In this document: positions 8,701 to 18,078 of the stretch, piece by piece
How positions within the stretch are numbered: the stretch's first letter is position 1
Layout of the letters: each line of letters starts with the position of its first letter
Virus record (IMG/VR): IMGVR_UViG_3300037244_000020
Coordinates: 26,838-90,837 of that record
DNA length: 64,000 nt
Strand: one strand, 5' to 3'
From: a virus
The notes under the pieces: model-generated
The model's database searches: none
What the model saw: only the letters and a program-made list of their open reading frames with translations
What the model was told of the DNA's origin: nothing
Position numbers and translations under genes: made by a program

Positions 8701-8753
8701 TTAAACATCAAACCGGGGCGCCCTATCGCTAAGGCGCAATCGTTTGATGTTTA
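8701..8753 (-). repeat. Intergenic hairpin repeat, copy 2
   Basis: TAAACATCAAAC...GTTTGATGTTTA perfect 12-bp outer stem. Confidence 0.75.
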
Positions 8754-9011
8754 AGGCAACATCGCGATACATTCCCCAGTCTGCAAAGTGTGCGCACGCT
8801 GCAGAAACGTAAAAGTATGGTCGTGCTTGCCCGCCAAAGCCTCAGCATGTTGCTCGTTTCGCCACGCTATGTAGCTGGGCAGGTCATTAACGCGCACGTC
8901 GCCTGAAACGGCCTCTGCAATGCAGGCTAGCGAATTGTCCGCGAACCATTGGCGGGTTTGCTGGATTGTTTCTTGTGTGAGGGCAACGCCTGCGAACATC
9001 ATCATCATCAT
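8751..9011 (-). CDS. Hypothetical protein
   Basis: ORF directly after promoter copy 5. Confidence 0.65.
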   Translation of the reverse strand: MMMMMFAGVALTQETIQQTRQWFADNSLACIAEAVSGDVRVNDLPSYIAWRNEQHAEALAGKHDHTFTFLQRAHTLQTGECIAMLP

Positions 9012-9039
9012 TTTGTTTCCCTGCGTTTCGTTTCAGTAA

Positions 9040-9072
9040 AGCTATTATGCCGTAGTTTTTAGTGAGGAGCAA
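9040..9072 (-). promoter_or_regulatory. Early promoter, copy 5
   Basis: TTGCTC-N17-CATAAT-AGC. Confidence 0.7.
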
Positions 9073-9080
9073 GCGGAATT

Positions 9081-9485
9081 TTAGTCAGTATCTATGACAC
9101 CCTCTAAGTACCTCAAGAATGACCCGCAGTGTTTGCAGCGCTTGCTCTCAGTACGCTTGAGGCGCTTGCGCGCTGCATATATCGCGTTAGACCCTATGCG
9201 CAGCGACCTAGCGACGTTTTCAATGCCCATTTCCGGGTCTTTAGACAGCAAGTCTAGTGCTATCCTGGTTCGGCTTACCGCGGGCGCCCTGTTAGTTACC
9301 CGTGGTTCGAAATAGCCTGTGTAGCGGTTAGCTGGCTTGGCAGGATGACCTCTCATCCGCTCGGCAGAAAGCGCGCGGGAGATTAGCGATTGGGATACTC
9401 CGAGAAGCTGGCAGACCCTGTACTGCGTCATACCGGGGTTGTTCCGCAATATTTCTAAGGCTTGCTGAGTCTTACTTTTTTCCAT
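9081..9485 (-). CDS. Double HTH DNA-binding protein with C-terminal CxxC
   Basis: MTQYRVCQLLGVSQSLISRAL and a second HTH-like segment; CKHC. Confidence 0.65.
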   Translation of the reverse strand: MEKSKTQQALEILRNNPGMTQYRVCQLLGVSQSLISRALSAERMRGHPAKPANRYTGYFEPRVTNRAPAVSRTRIALDLLSKDPEMGIENVARSLRIGSNAIYAARKRLKRTESKRCKHCGSFLRYLEGVIDTD

Positions 9486-9672
9486 TTGTTGCGTATCCGA
9501 GACAGCGAAAAATTCCTAATTTTTATCTCTTGACACCGACGAAATTTTCTGGTTTGTCGGCGTTACGAAAAATTAGCCTAAGCACAAGTGTATAGCAAGT
9601 GCGGTCTAGTTGGCGCGCAAACCGCCAGTGCGCAAGGCTTTCGCTCGCCAACTACTTAACACGGGTAAACCC

Positions 9673-10191
9673 TTAGACGTGTTTCCAAGTCTTGCGCGTG
9701 CGGATCGCGTGGACAGTCACATTCGACACACTGTAGCGCGCGCCCAACACTCTGTTCGTGTCCCTTGACAAACGAATATCCCTCACATCCTGATCTGTCA
9801 GCGACGATTTGCCGGACCGTTCGCCTCGTAGCGCCTGGCGGCACGTTGCAGCAGTCTGTATAGCGTCTGCGTGCGTTCCCCAGCGAAGGTTGCTGATGCG
9901 ATTGTCCGCGTAATCACCATTGGCGTGCAAGCCTGATAAGCCATCAGGACACGCGCCTGAAAACGCTTCCAACACTAAGCGATGAACCAGAAACCGCTGA
10001 GTCACGCTGTCTTTGCACAGTGTTACCTGCCAACGACCTTGATTGTTCTTGCCAGGTTTCAGCAGTTGCTTCGGTTTGCGTGTGCCAGATGCTGTCGCTT
10101 CGGCGGTCAGTCTAACCAAGCTGCGAACACGACCATCGTCGCTGACCTGGTACAGACCGATGTAGCTGATAACGTCTCGCCATTGTTCCAT
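9673..10191 (-). CDS. HNH homing endonuclease (NUMOD4 N-terminus)
   Basis: EQWRDVISYIGLYQVSDDGRVRS; VHRLV...H.NG...DNRISNLRW. Confidence 0.85.
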   Translation of the reverse strand: MEQWRDVISYIGLYQVSDDGRVRSLVRLTAEATASGTRKPKQLLKPGKNNQGRWQVTLCKDSVTQRFLVHRLVLEAFSGACPDGLSGLHANGDYADNRISNLRWGTHADAIQTAATCRQALRGERSGKSSLTDQDVRDIRLSRDTNRVLGARYSVSNVTVHAIRTRKTWKHV

Positions 10192-10362
10192 GATTGATAA
10201 CCTCTGTTGTGGGTGTTGGCGAGTATAATCGTTGTTAAGTATGACTGCAAGCTGCGATGTAAGTCATTGATTCATATGTGTTTGTCTGTGTTAAACCTAT
10301 GTCAAACGCATTTGTCATAAACAAGTTTATCGCTCAATCGTTCTGTGCAGCGCATTTCGCGC

Positions 10363-10390
10363 TTGCACACGTCTATAAACGGTGTATACT
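10363..10390 (+). promoter_or_regulatory. Rightward promoter upstream of the packaging genes
   Basis: TTGCAC-N16-TATACT. Confidence 0.5.
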
Positions 10391-10637
10391 TAGTTCATTG
10401 ACAACGGACTGACCTAAGCAATGACATGAATAGATTGATCATGACCTCGATCGATGCTGACCTGACCAAACGATAGCTTTGGCAGTCACGATGACCGTGT
10501 TGCGGTCATCGATGCGCTCGGCCTACCCCCACCCCCCTTTTTTGCTCGGCGCGGCGCGTGGTATCCTCGCGTCTGTGGTATGTCAAGTTTTTCGAGTTTG
10601 TCACATTACAATAAGCTTACAGCGGGGTAACGAGAGC

Positions 10638-11366
10638 ATGACCTACGATTGCAAAGATCTGACCGAGCGGCAGCGCAAGTTCTGCGAAGAGTACATCGTA
10701 GACCTGAACGGACGCGCCGCTGCCGAGCGCGCTGGCTATGCCCCGAACGGCGGCCAGGTCACGAACCTTCTCAAGCTCCCGCACGTCAAGGCATACGTCG
10801 ACTATCTCAGCGACGAGCGCGCCAAGCGTGTCGGCGTGACTTCCGACTTCATCCTAGAGCGCCTGCTCGCCATGGCGACGGTCGACGTCAACGACCTCGT
10901 CCAGTACCGACGCCACTGTTGTCGACACTGCTACGGCGAGGACTTCCGATATCAGTGGACCGACGCTGAGTACGAGCGCGCCGTCAAAGAGGCCACGGAC
11001 CGTCACCTCCCCATCCCCGAGGCACCTGGCGGAAACGGCTACGACCGCACCAAAGACGCCAACCCCGACTGCCCAGAGTGCCGTGGACAGGGTAAAGGCG
11101 AGGTGTTCGCTGCCGACACGCGCAAGATGTCACCTGAAGCGAAGATGTTGTACGATGGCGCCAAAGTGGGCCGCGACGGCTTGGAGATCAAGACGCTCGA
11201 TCGGCTGCGCATTTACGAACTGATCGGTAAGCACATCGGCATGTTCAAGGACAAGGTCGAGCACAGTGGCAAGATCGAGAATACCGGCCCGGTGCTGAAC
11301 TTGACACTCGCTGCGCCGCCGGGGACGAAGATCGCGGAAAATTCCCAAGAACCCACCAAGGAGTGA
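10638..11366 (+). CDS. terS: Terminase small subunit with Cys-rich insertion
   Basis: LTERQRKFCEEYIVDLNGRAAAERAGY; ELIGKHIGMF; CCRHC/CPEC. Confidence 0.9.
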   Translation: MTYDCKDLTERQRKFCEEYIVDLNGRAAAERAGYAPNGGQVTNLLKLPHVKAYVDYLSDERAKRVGVTSDFILERLLAMATVDVNDLVQYRRHCCRHCYGEDFRYQWTDAEYERAVKEATDRHLPIPEAPGGNGYDRTKDANPDCPECRGQGKGEVFAADTRKMSPEAKMLYDGAKVGRDGLEIKTLDRLRIYELIGKHIGMFKDKVEHSGKIENTGPVLNLTLAAPPGTKIAENSQEPTKE

Positions 11367-11602
11367 CGTTACAAATGGCTGACAAGCATGCAAACAAAAC
11401 CCCGGCAATGCTGCGCGATCTCGCGGACGATATTGAGAAGGGCGTGCACGGGAAGGTCCACGCAGCAGCCGTCGTTCTGGAGTCTGAAGGCTTTCCCGTT
11501 TTCGGGTTTGGCGAAACCGGAGAGGGCATGAGCAATGTCAGCGAGTTGTTCAGCCTTGCGCACCACAAGATGGTGATGCTGAGGTTGGAGTCGAGGGAGT
11601 AG
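11363..11602 (+). CDS. Small hypothetical protein
   Basis: Coupled to terS. Confidence 0.6.
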   Translation: MTLQMADKHANKTPAMLRDLADDIEKGVHGKVHAAAVVLESEGFPVFGFGETGEGMSNVSELFSLAHHKMVMLRLESRE

Positions 11603-11635
11603 CCCCTTAACCTTACAATTATTACAGAGACTCCC

Positions 11636-12073
11636 ATGTCCCGCGTCCCTCCCAGAAGCTGGAACGAAACGTTCGGCACAGCCTACGAGCACCTCAAAGC
11701 TGGCCGACGTGCAGCGCGCCTTGGCTGGAACAGCAACCGGGTGTGGCTCGAAGCCCTAAGCGATACCGCGACCGTCATCCTGCATAAGGACGGCGTGCGC
11801 ACCGACTGGGTGCCGGATGCGGGCGATCTCATCAGCAACGATTGGCATGTCTTCCCACCCCTTGAAAGGAGCTTAACCATGACCACCACGCCTAGCAGAG
11901 AAGCCCGCGAAGTAGCAGCAAGCCGCCTTAGTCCCGCCAGCTACGCGAACGTCGACGACTATATCGCGGCCGTCGACAAGCTCGCTCGGTATATCGAGCA
12001 TGGCAACTTTAAGGACACCGACAACCAGCCACACGTCACCGCAGCAGTCACGAATGTGATGAATGTTCGGTAA
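11636..12073 (+). CDS. DUF2829-like (Tad2-family) protein with C-terminal extension
   Basis: FGTAYEHLKAGRRAARLGWN...WVPDAGDLISNDW; internal SD and ATG at 11879. Confidence 0.65.
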   Translation: MSRVPPRSWNETFGTAYEHLKAGRRAARLGWNSNRVWLEALSDTATVILHKDGVRTDWVPDAGDLISNDWHVFPPLERSLTMTTTPSREAREVAASRLSPASYANVDDYIAAVDKLARYIEHGNFKDTDNQPHVTAAVTNVMNVR

Positions 12074-12136
12074 ATAACCCCGATTTAACCTCAACGAAAC
12101 CGCCCACTGAGGCGGTTTCATGCTATTATAGCAACG

Positions 12137-12185
12137 CACGTCTAGGGTCATTCCCGAAAAGCTGGCTATCCACCGGCCTGACGTG
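12137..12185 (+). ncRNA. c4-like antisense/leader RNA
   Basis: Closing stem CACGTC/GACGTG enclosing two hairpins complementary to 12194-12200 and 12213-12223. Confidence 0.6.
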
Positions 12186-12218
12186 TCTCCTCAGTGGATA
12201 TCGATTGGGAAATCGGGA

Positions 12219-13070
12219 ATGACAGACCAGACAAACTGGCCCAAACGCGGTGACGGCATTTGTGGCATCTACGCGATTGAAAATCTCATCGACGGGAAGT
12301 TCTACGTCGGGCAGTCTGCGGACATGAGATCAAGGTGGGACGTTCACCTTTATATGCTCAGAAAAGGAACGGCGAGCACGAAATTGTTGCGCGCATGGCG
12401 AAAGCACGGTGCGGAGAATTTCAGGTTCTTTGCCGTGGAAGAATGCTCAGTCGAAGATCTTACAGCGCGAGAGCAAGCGTGGATCGACACGTTCGACGCT
12501 GTGAAGAAGGGCTACAATATCAGTCCCTTGGCGAATTGCACGCGCGGGGTGAAGCACACGGCCGAGGCCCGCGCTAACATGTCAAAGGCGCAACTTGAGA
12601 TAAACTCACGCCCCGGCGCAAAGGAGCGACGAGTAGCTGTGGCAACGAAGGCTTGGGAAGACCCGGATGCTTTAGCCCGAAAGAGCGCGGCCAGCAAGAA
12701 ATCAAGGAACAAGCCAGAGGCAAAGGCCAGGCAATCCAAGGTATCAAAGGACCAGTGGGCAGACCCGGAAGGCAGGGAGCGTCGTCTGGATGCCTTAGTA
12801 AAGTGGTGGGCAGACCCTGACGCGAAAGCTAGTAGGCTAATGCTCCTGCAGAGTGGACGCACCCCAGAGGTAGAGGCGCAAAGGAAGGAGGCCGCAAAGG
12901 CAGCGAGGAGAGCCAGTGCGATCCTCGCTGTGGAAGACGTCTTGGAGATCCGCGCCAGATACGTATTCCGATGTCCGGCAAATGGAGGGAAAGCACTCGC
13001 AAAGGAGTTCGGAGTGTCCAACACGTACATCAGCAACATTATCGTGCGAAAGGTTTGGAAGGACATCTAA
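12219..13070 (+). CDS. GIY-YIG homing endonuclease
   Basis: CGIYAIENLIDGKFYVGQS..R..H; REQAWID; GYNI; helical repeats; C-terminal HTH. Confidence 0.9.
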   Translation: MTDQTNWPKRGDGICGIYAIENLIDGKFYVGQSADMRSRWDVHLYMLRKGTASTKLLRAWRKHGAENFRFFAVEECSVEDLTAREQAWIDTFDAVKKGYNISPLANCTRGVKHTAEARANMSKAQLEINSRPGAKERRVAVATKAWEDPDALARKSAASKKSRNKPEAKARQSKVSKDQWADPEGRERRLDALVKWWADPDAKASRLMLLQSGRTPEVEAQRKEAAKAARRASAILAVEDVLEIRARYVFRCPANGGKALAKEFGVSNTYISNIIVRKVWKDI

Positions 13071-13110
13071 TGCTACAATGCGGGAAATTAAGCTACAAAG
13101 GCTCCCCGCA

Positions 13111-14583
13111 ATGAATTTGAGTCTTCATCAACGCCAATCAGAAGCTTTCACTTCGAAAGCGACGGAGATTTTGTATGGGGGCGGGTGGTGCCTCTGCTAG
13201 AAGGTTTGGCAGAGGCACCACCCGCCTTCTTCAATGAGCGCCGCAGGCGGAGGCAAGTCCCATTTGCTTCGCGTAGCGTCGATCGCATGGTGTGCCGACA
13301 TTCCGGGCATCCAAATAGCCCTGTTCCGCAGGCTCAGTGACGACATCACGAAGAACCATTTAACTGGGGTTTCCGGGTATCCCGAGCTTCTGGCCGACTG
13401 GGTGAAGGCAGGGCATGTGAAAATCAATTTTTCGGCCCGTACAATAACTTTTTGGAACGGGTCGAAGATCCATCTTTGTCACTGCCAGTACGAGTCCGAC
13501 GTATCGAAGTATCAGGGAGCAGAGTTCCAAGTTGAAATGTTTGACGAGGGAACCCACTTCTCCGAGACCATCTACAGGTACCTGCGAGGGCGGCTGCGCA
13601 TGGGCGCACTGAAACTCCCGGAAAAGTATGTTGGGATGTTTCCCCGGATTTTGATAGGGTCGAATCCTGGATCGGTCGGGCATGCCTGGGTCAAAGCGTC
13701 TTTCGTTGACATGGCGCCCCCGATGGAACTGGTGCAAATGCCGAAAAACGAAGGGGGTCTCATTCGGCAGTTCATACCCGCGAAACTGGAAGACAACCCG
13801 ACGTTGATGGAAAGCGATCCGATGTATGCGGATCGCTTGGAGGGTCTCGGTCGACCTGAACTCGTCAAAGCCCTTCGTGACGGGGACTGGAACATAGTTG
13901 CAGGGGGTATGTTCGACGACGTGTTCTCTACTAAGCACCAAGTTCTTGCCCCCTTCGAGATTCCTCGCACCTGGAGGATCGACAGGTCATTTGATTGGGG
14001 TTCAGGAAAACCCTTCGCGGTGTTGTGGTTCGCCGAGTCAGACGGGTCGTCCGTTCGCCTTGCAGACGGCTCCGAGCGTAACTTCCCACGAGGGTCGATC
14101 TTCCAGATCTCTGAGTGGTATGGCAGTAACGGCAAACCCAATGAGGGTCTGCGCATGATGAATGCGGAAATTGCACGCGGCGTGAAGGAGCGCGATTTAG
14201 CTATGAAGCGCATCGTCCATGCTGGCCCCGGCGACAACTCGATAAATGACGTAATCAACGGCACGAGCATTGCAGACGAGATGGCGCGTGCGCCGAATTA
14301 CATCCGCTGGACGCCATCTGACAAGAACCCAGGCAGCCGGAAGCACGGGTGGGACATCCTGCGAAAGCTGCTGAAGAACGCAATTGATAGGCCGCTGGAA
14401 GAGCCGGGTTTCTACATTTTCGACACCTGTCGAAACACGATCCGTACGCTTCCGGTCTTACCTCGCCACGCCACCAAAGACGGGGATCTTGACTCCGACG
14501 CGGAAGACCATATTGCAGATGCAATTCGCTACCGTGTCTCCGCCAAAAAACGCACGATGACCGTCAGCGGCCTCGCTATATAA
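13111..14583 (+). CDS. terL: Terminase large subunit, interrupted at ~13183-13239 by a 57-nt hairpin with an in-frame TAG (13198-13200); the downstream part is an ORF at 13234-14583
   Basis: 5' part LHQRQSEAF...TEILYGG and 3' part AAGGGKS, FDEG (Walker B), GSNPG, FDWG, EDHIADAIRY lie in the same frame. Confidence 0.85.
13180..13226 (+). other. Perfect 18-bp hairpin inside terL (putative recoding element)
   Basis: GGCGGGTGGTGCCTCTGC-TAGAAGGTTTG-GCAGAGGCACCACCCGCC. Confidence 0.85.
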
Positions 14584-14607
14584 TCGCGGAAAATCACAGG
14601 ACGAAAC

Positions 14608-16161
14608 ATGACCGTCAACTTCACTGCGACGACCCCTGAGGGGTTTCCGCCACCAGTCCAACAACTGATTCAAGGCAATGCTAACGACGTGCGCGAACCA
14701 AGCCGCGTCGTGCAGAACATGATGGTCAACTGGCTCAAGGTCACGACGTTGCTCGGCGGCACCAAGGCGATGCGGGAGGCTGCGACCATCTTCCTCCCCA
14801 AGTGGCGCCGGGAAGAGCCGAATGACTACGCGCTGCGCCTGAAGACGACGGTGTTGTTCAACTGCTTCGGCCATACGGTAGACGGCCTAGGCGGCAAGCC
14901 TTTCGTGCGGCCGCTGGGCTGGTCGACGGATATGTCTCCAGAGGTTGAGGCGTGGTTCCCCAACATCGACCTGACGGGTCGCAGCTTTCACGTCTTCGCG
15001 CAGGAAGTCTTCAAGTTCTCACTTGCCTACGGCCTGTCGCATGTGCTGATTGACTATCCGGTGACTGCGGGGAAGGTGCGTACCGTCGCTGATGAAAAAG
15101 CGATCGGCGCCCGCCCCTACCTAGTCCACGTCAAGGCCAACCAGATTCTCGGCTGGCGCTCGACGATGAAAAATGGCGGCGAAGTGCTGACGCAAGTTCG
15201 CATCCTTGAGACCTGCGAAGTGGAAGATGGCCCGTTTGCCACGCGAACCGTCGAGCAGGTCCGCGTGTTGGAGCCGGGAACGTGGACGACCTACCGGCTA
15301 AAGCCCAAGCAGGCGCTTGTCACTCAGATCAGCCCGTCATCCAATGATCCGCAAGAGTGGGCGGTGTTCGATAGCGGCACCACGTCGCTCGACTACATCC
15401 CGCTCATCACTTTTTACGCACGCCGTACAGGTTTCATGACGGCGGACTCGCCGCTAATCGACATCGCGGACCTGAATATCCTGCACTGGCAGGTCGGGTC
15501 AGACATGTATTCGGTGCTGCACACCGCGAGCGTGCCGATTTTGACGATCACCGGCGTCGAAGGCAATGACGATGGCGAAGCGACTCTGGAAATCGGCACG
15601 GCGTCGGCGCTGAAGTTACCACAGGGCGCAACGGCACGCTTTACAGAGCACAGCGGGAAGGCTGTCGGGTCGGCGCTGACCGCACTCGGCACGATGGAAG
15701 AGCAGATGCGTCTGCTCGGTGCCGAGTTGCTTGTGAAGAAGCCGGGGCAGGCGACCGCGACGCAGGCTACGCTCGACACGAGCCAGCAGCGGTCGGAACT
15801 CCAGGCTATCACTAGCGTATTCGAGGATACGTTGGATCAGATCGTCGGGGTCATGGCGGCATGGGGCAATATCCAGAACTTCACGGGCAACATGCAGGTC
15901 TATGACGACTTCCTGCTCGCGGCCGACGACGCGGTGCAAGAAGCGCTGCTATTCTCGATCGTGACGGCAGGTCTGCTCTCGCCGCAGTCGTTCTTTGAAG
16001 CCATGCAGCGGCGTAACGTGTATGACACTGACATGACTTGGGAGCAAGAGCAGGAGCGTATCAAGGCGCAGCCGCTGCCAGCGCCGTCCCTGCTGCAACC
16101 GAAGGTGGCAGGCATTCCGAAGGTGGCGTCAAGTTCTACTTTGGCGCAGTTGAGTGATTGA
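14608..16161 (+). CDS. Portal protein (DUF4055-like)
   Basis: LLGGTKAMREAATIFLPKW..E...Y..RL; SPLIDIADLNILHWQ; follows terL. Confidence 0.85.
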   Translation: MTVNFTATTPEGFPPPVQQLIQGNANDVREPSRVVQNMMVNWLKVTTLLGGTKAMREAATIFLPKWRREEPNDYALRLKTTVLFNCFGHTVDGLGGKPFVRPLGWSTDMSPEVEAWFPNIDLTGRSFHVFAQEVFKFSLAYGLSHVLIDYPVTAGKVRTVADEKAIGARPYLVHVKANQILGWRSTMKNGGEVLTQVRILETCEVEDGPFATRTVEQVRVLEPGTWTTYRLKPKQALVTQISPSSNDPQEWAVFDSGTTSLDYIPLITFYARRTGFMTADSPLIDIADLNILHWQVGSDMYSVLHTASVPILTITGVEGNDDGEATLEIGTASALKLPQGATARFTEHSGKAVGSALTALGTMEEQMRLLGAELLVKKPGQATATQATLDTSQQRSELQAITSVFEDTLDQIVGVMAAWGNIQNFTGNMQVYDDFLLAADDAVQEALLFSIVTAGLLSPQSFFEAMQRRNVYDTDMTWEQEQERIKAQPLPAPSLLQPKVAGIPKVASSSTLAQLSD

Positions 16162-17128
16162 TATGAGACCCGCCTTCGCCACCGCTGTAGCTGCTTTGTT
16201 CATCGACCACGGAGTGCGTTTGGTCCAGACGGCGGATGGTCTGACGCAAGACGCCAACGACCGTTTAAGAGAAGCCGCTGATGTGATTGGGGCGCTTCTG
16301 CTCGCCACCGACTTCTCGAACTCGACGGACGTGACCAGCACGCTTGTGATCATCAAGTCGACCATCGAGGATGCCTATCAGCAGATCGCTGCGGAATCTT
16401 CAAAAAGTCTTTCGGGCCTGCCCGCCATAGAATCACAGTTCGTCGTCTCGGCGATCAACAAGGAAGCCGAGCAGGTTTTGATGCGGTCTCCTCGCCTGAC
16501 CGTGACCGAGCCACACCTCGATGGCGTTCCGGTCTCGGCCTGGTGGGATGCGCAACAGAAAGACACGGTCGCAAAACTCGTAGCGACCGTGCGCGTCGGC
16601 ATCACGGCAGGGCGGGTAGCCCAGGAGATTGCGAACATGATGGTCGCGGCGAACGGGCCAATGGCAGGAGCGATGAGGAACGCTGAGACGCTCACGCACA
16701 CCGCCGTGCAGCGCGTCGCGATGGATACGCGCAACGCGGTGCTGACTGCCAATAAGAGTGTCGTAGAAGGGCTGCAGGTCGTCGCCGTGCTCGACTCACG
16801 GACTTGCGCGCAGTGTCTGGCCTACGACGGGGCGACTTACGATCGCAGCGGCGAGCCAGTTGGCGACACGACGCTGCCGTTTAACGGAGGGCCAGCCTTT
16901 CACTTTCATTGCCGATGCGGTACGGTGCCGATCTTCCTCGACCAGCCGCCTCCCGAGAAGCTAACCGCCGAAGCGTGGCTCGACAGTCGTACCGAAGCGC
17001 AGCAAGACGACATGCTCGGGGAAGGGCGCGCTGCACTCTACCGGAAGGGAAGTTTGACGCTCAGAGATTTGGTTTCTGGGACAGGAACTCAACTTTCTCT
17101 AGCGCAACTTAGAGAAAAGTACAACTGA
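16154..17128 (+). CDS. Head morphogenesis protein (SPP1 gp7/Mu F-like)
   Basis: AVLDSRTCAQC..DG; PAFHFHCRC. Confidence 0.85.
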   Translation: MIDMRPAFATAVAALFIDHGVRLVQTADGLTQDANDRLREAADVIGALLLATDFSNSTDVTSTLVIIKSTIEDAYQQIAAESSKSLSGLPAIESQFVVSAINKEAEQVLMRSPRLTVTEPHLDGVPVSAWWDAQQKDTVAKLVATVRVGITAGRVAQEIANMMVAANGPMAGAMRNAETLTHTAVQRVAMDTRNAVLTANKSVVEGLQVVAVLDSRTCAQCLAYDGATYDRSGEPVGDTTLPFNGGPAFHFHCRCGTVPIFLDQPPPEKLTAEAWLDSRTEAQQDDMLGEGRAALYRKGSLTLRDLVSGTGTQLSLAQLREKYN

Positions 17129-17238
17129 TTCTGTAAAATTTGGTATGATGCGGGCATTTGCTAGCGTGTGGACACAGGCTAGCGCAACGGGCGGGATCGC
17201 CTTTTATTTAAAGCCGGATGGCTGAAGGAAAGCTGGAC

Positions 17239-18054
17239 ATGAAGCTCAAGCTCGACGAAGAAGGTCACGCAGTACTGGTGGACGGTAAGCCGGTTTATGT
17301 GCATGACGACGGTAAAGAAATTCCGTTCGATGCAGCGCGTACGGTGGAAACGATCAGCCGCCTGAATGGCGAAGCGAAGAACCACCGGGAAGCGAAGGAA
17401 GCGGCAGAGACTCAATTGGGCGCGATGAAGGATCAGGTCAAGGTGTTTGAAGGTCTGGACCCGAAGTCGGCGCGCGAGGCACTGCAAAAGCTCAAAGACA
17501 TCGGCGACGGCAAGCTCATCGAAAGCGGCAAGTTGGACGAAGTGCGCTCGGCAGCAACGAAAGAATACGAAGTGCGGCTCGCAGCGCTGCAAGCTGAGTA
17601 TGGCGAGAAGGAAGGCAAGCTGGTAGCAGACCGCGAGGCGCTGCAAGGCCATCTGAATAACGAGATCATTGGCGGTAGCTTCGCGCGTTCGAAGTTTATC
17701 CAAGAGAAGATCGCGGTACCGGTGGACATGATTCAGGCGACGTTTGGCAAGAATTTCAAGGTAGAAGACGGTAAACTGGTGGCGGTGGATGCGCAGGGCA
17801 ACAAGATTTTCTCGCGCGCCCGGCCAGGTGAGTTGGCAGATTTCGACGAAGCGATGGGTTCGCTCGTCGAGCAGTACTCCAGTCGAGACCATATTCTGAA
17901 GGCTTCGGGAGCAAGCGGCTCGGGGGCGGCCGCTTCGGCAGGGGGTAGTGGCAGTAAGGACGGCAAGAGCATGACGCGAACGGCGTTTAATCAGCTTCAT
18001 CCAATGGACCAGATGAAGACGATCAAATCCGGGGTCAAGATTGCGGACGAATAA
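17239..18054 (+). CDS. Capsid scaffolding protein
   Basis: MKLKLDEEGHAVLVDGKPVYVHDDGKEIPFD; coiled coil; precedes the capsid gene. Confidence 0.8.
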   Translation: MKLKLDEEGHAVLVDGKPVYVHDDGKEIPFDAARTVETISRLNGEAKNHREAKEAAETQLGAMKDQVKVFEGLDPKSAREALQKLKDIGDGKLIESGKLDEVRSAATKEYEVRLAALQAEYGEKEGKLVADREALQGHLNNEIIGGSFARSKFIQEKIAVPVDMIQATFGKNFKVEDGKLVAVDAQGNKIFSRARPGELADFDEAMGSLVEQYSSRDHILKASGASGSGAAASAGGSGSKDGKSMTRTAFNQLHPMDQMKTIKSGVKIADE

Positions 18055-18078
18055 TTTTTCAAAAGAGGATTGACCACT

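Noticed and set aside
13180-13239. Group I/II intron, intein, terminator or invertible switch in terL
   Set aside because: Too short for a catalytic intron core; contains a stop so it is not an intein; flipping the loop still gives TAG in frame; the following TTCTT is a weak U-tract and it lies inside an essential gene, although attenuation is not excluded.
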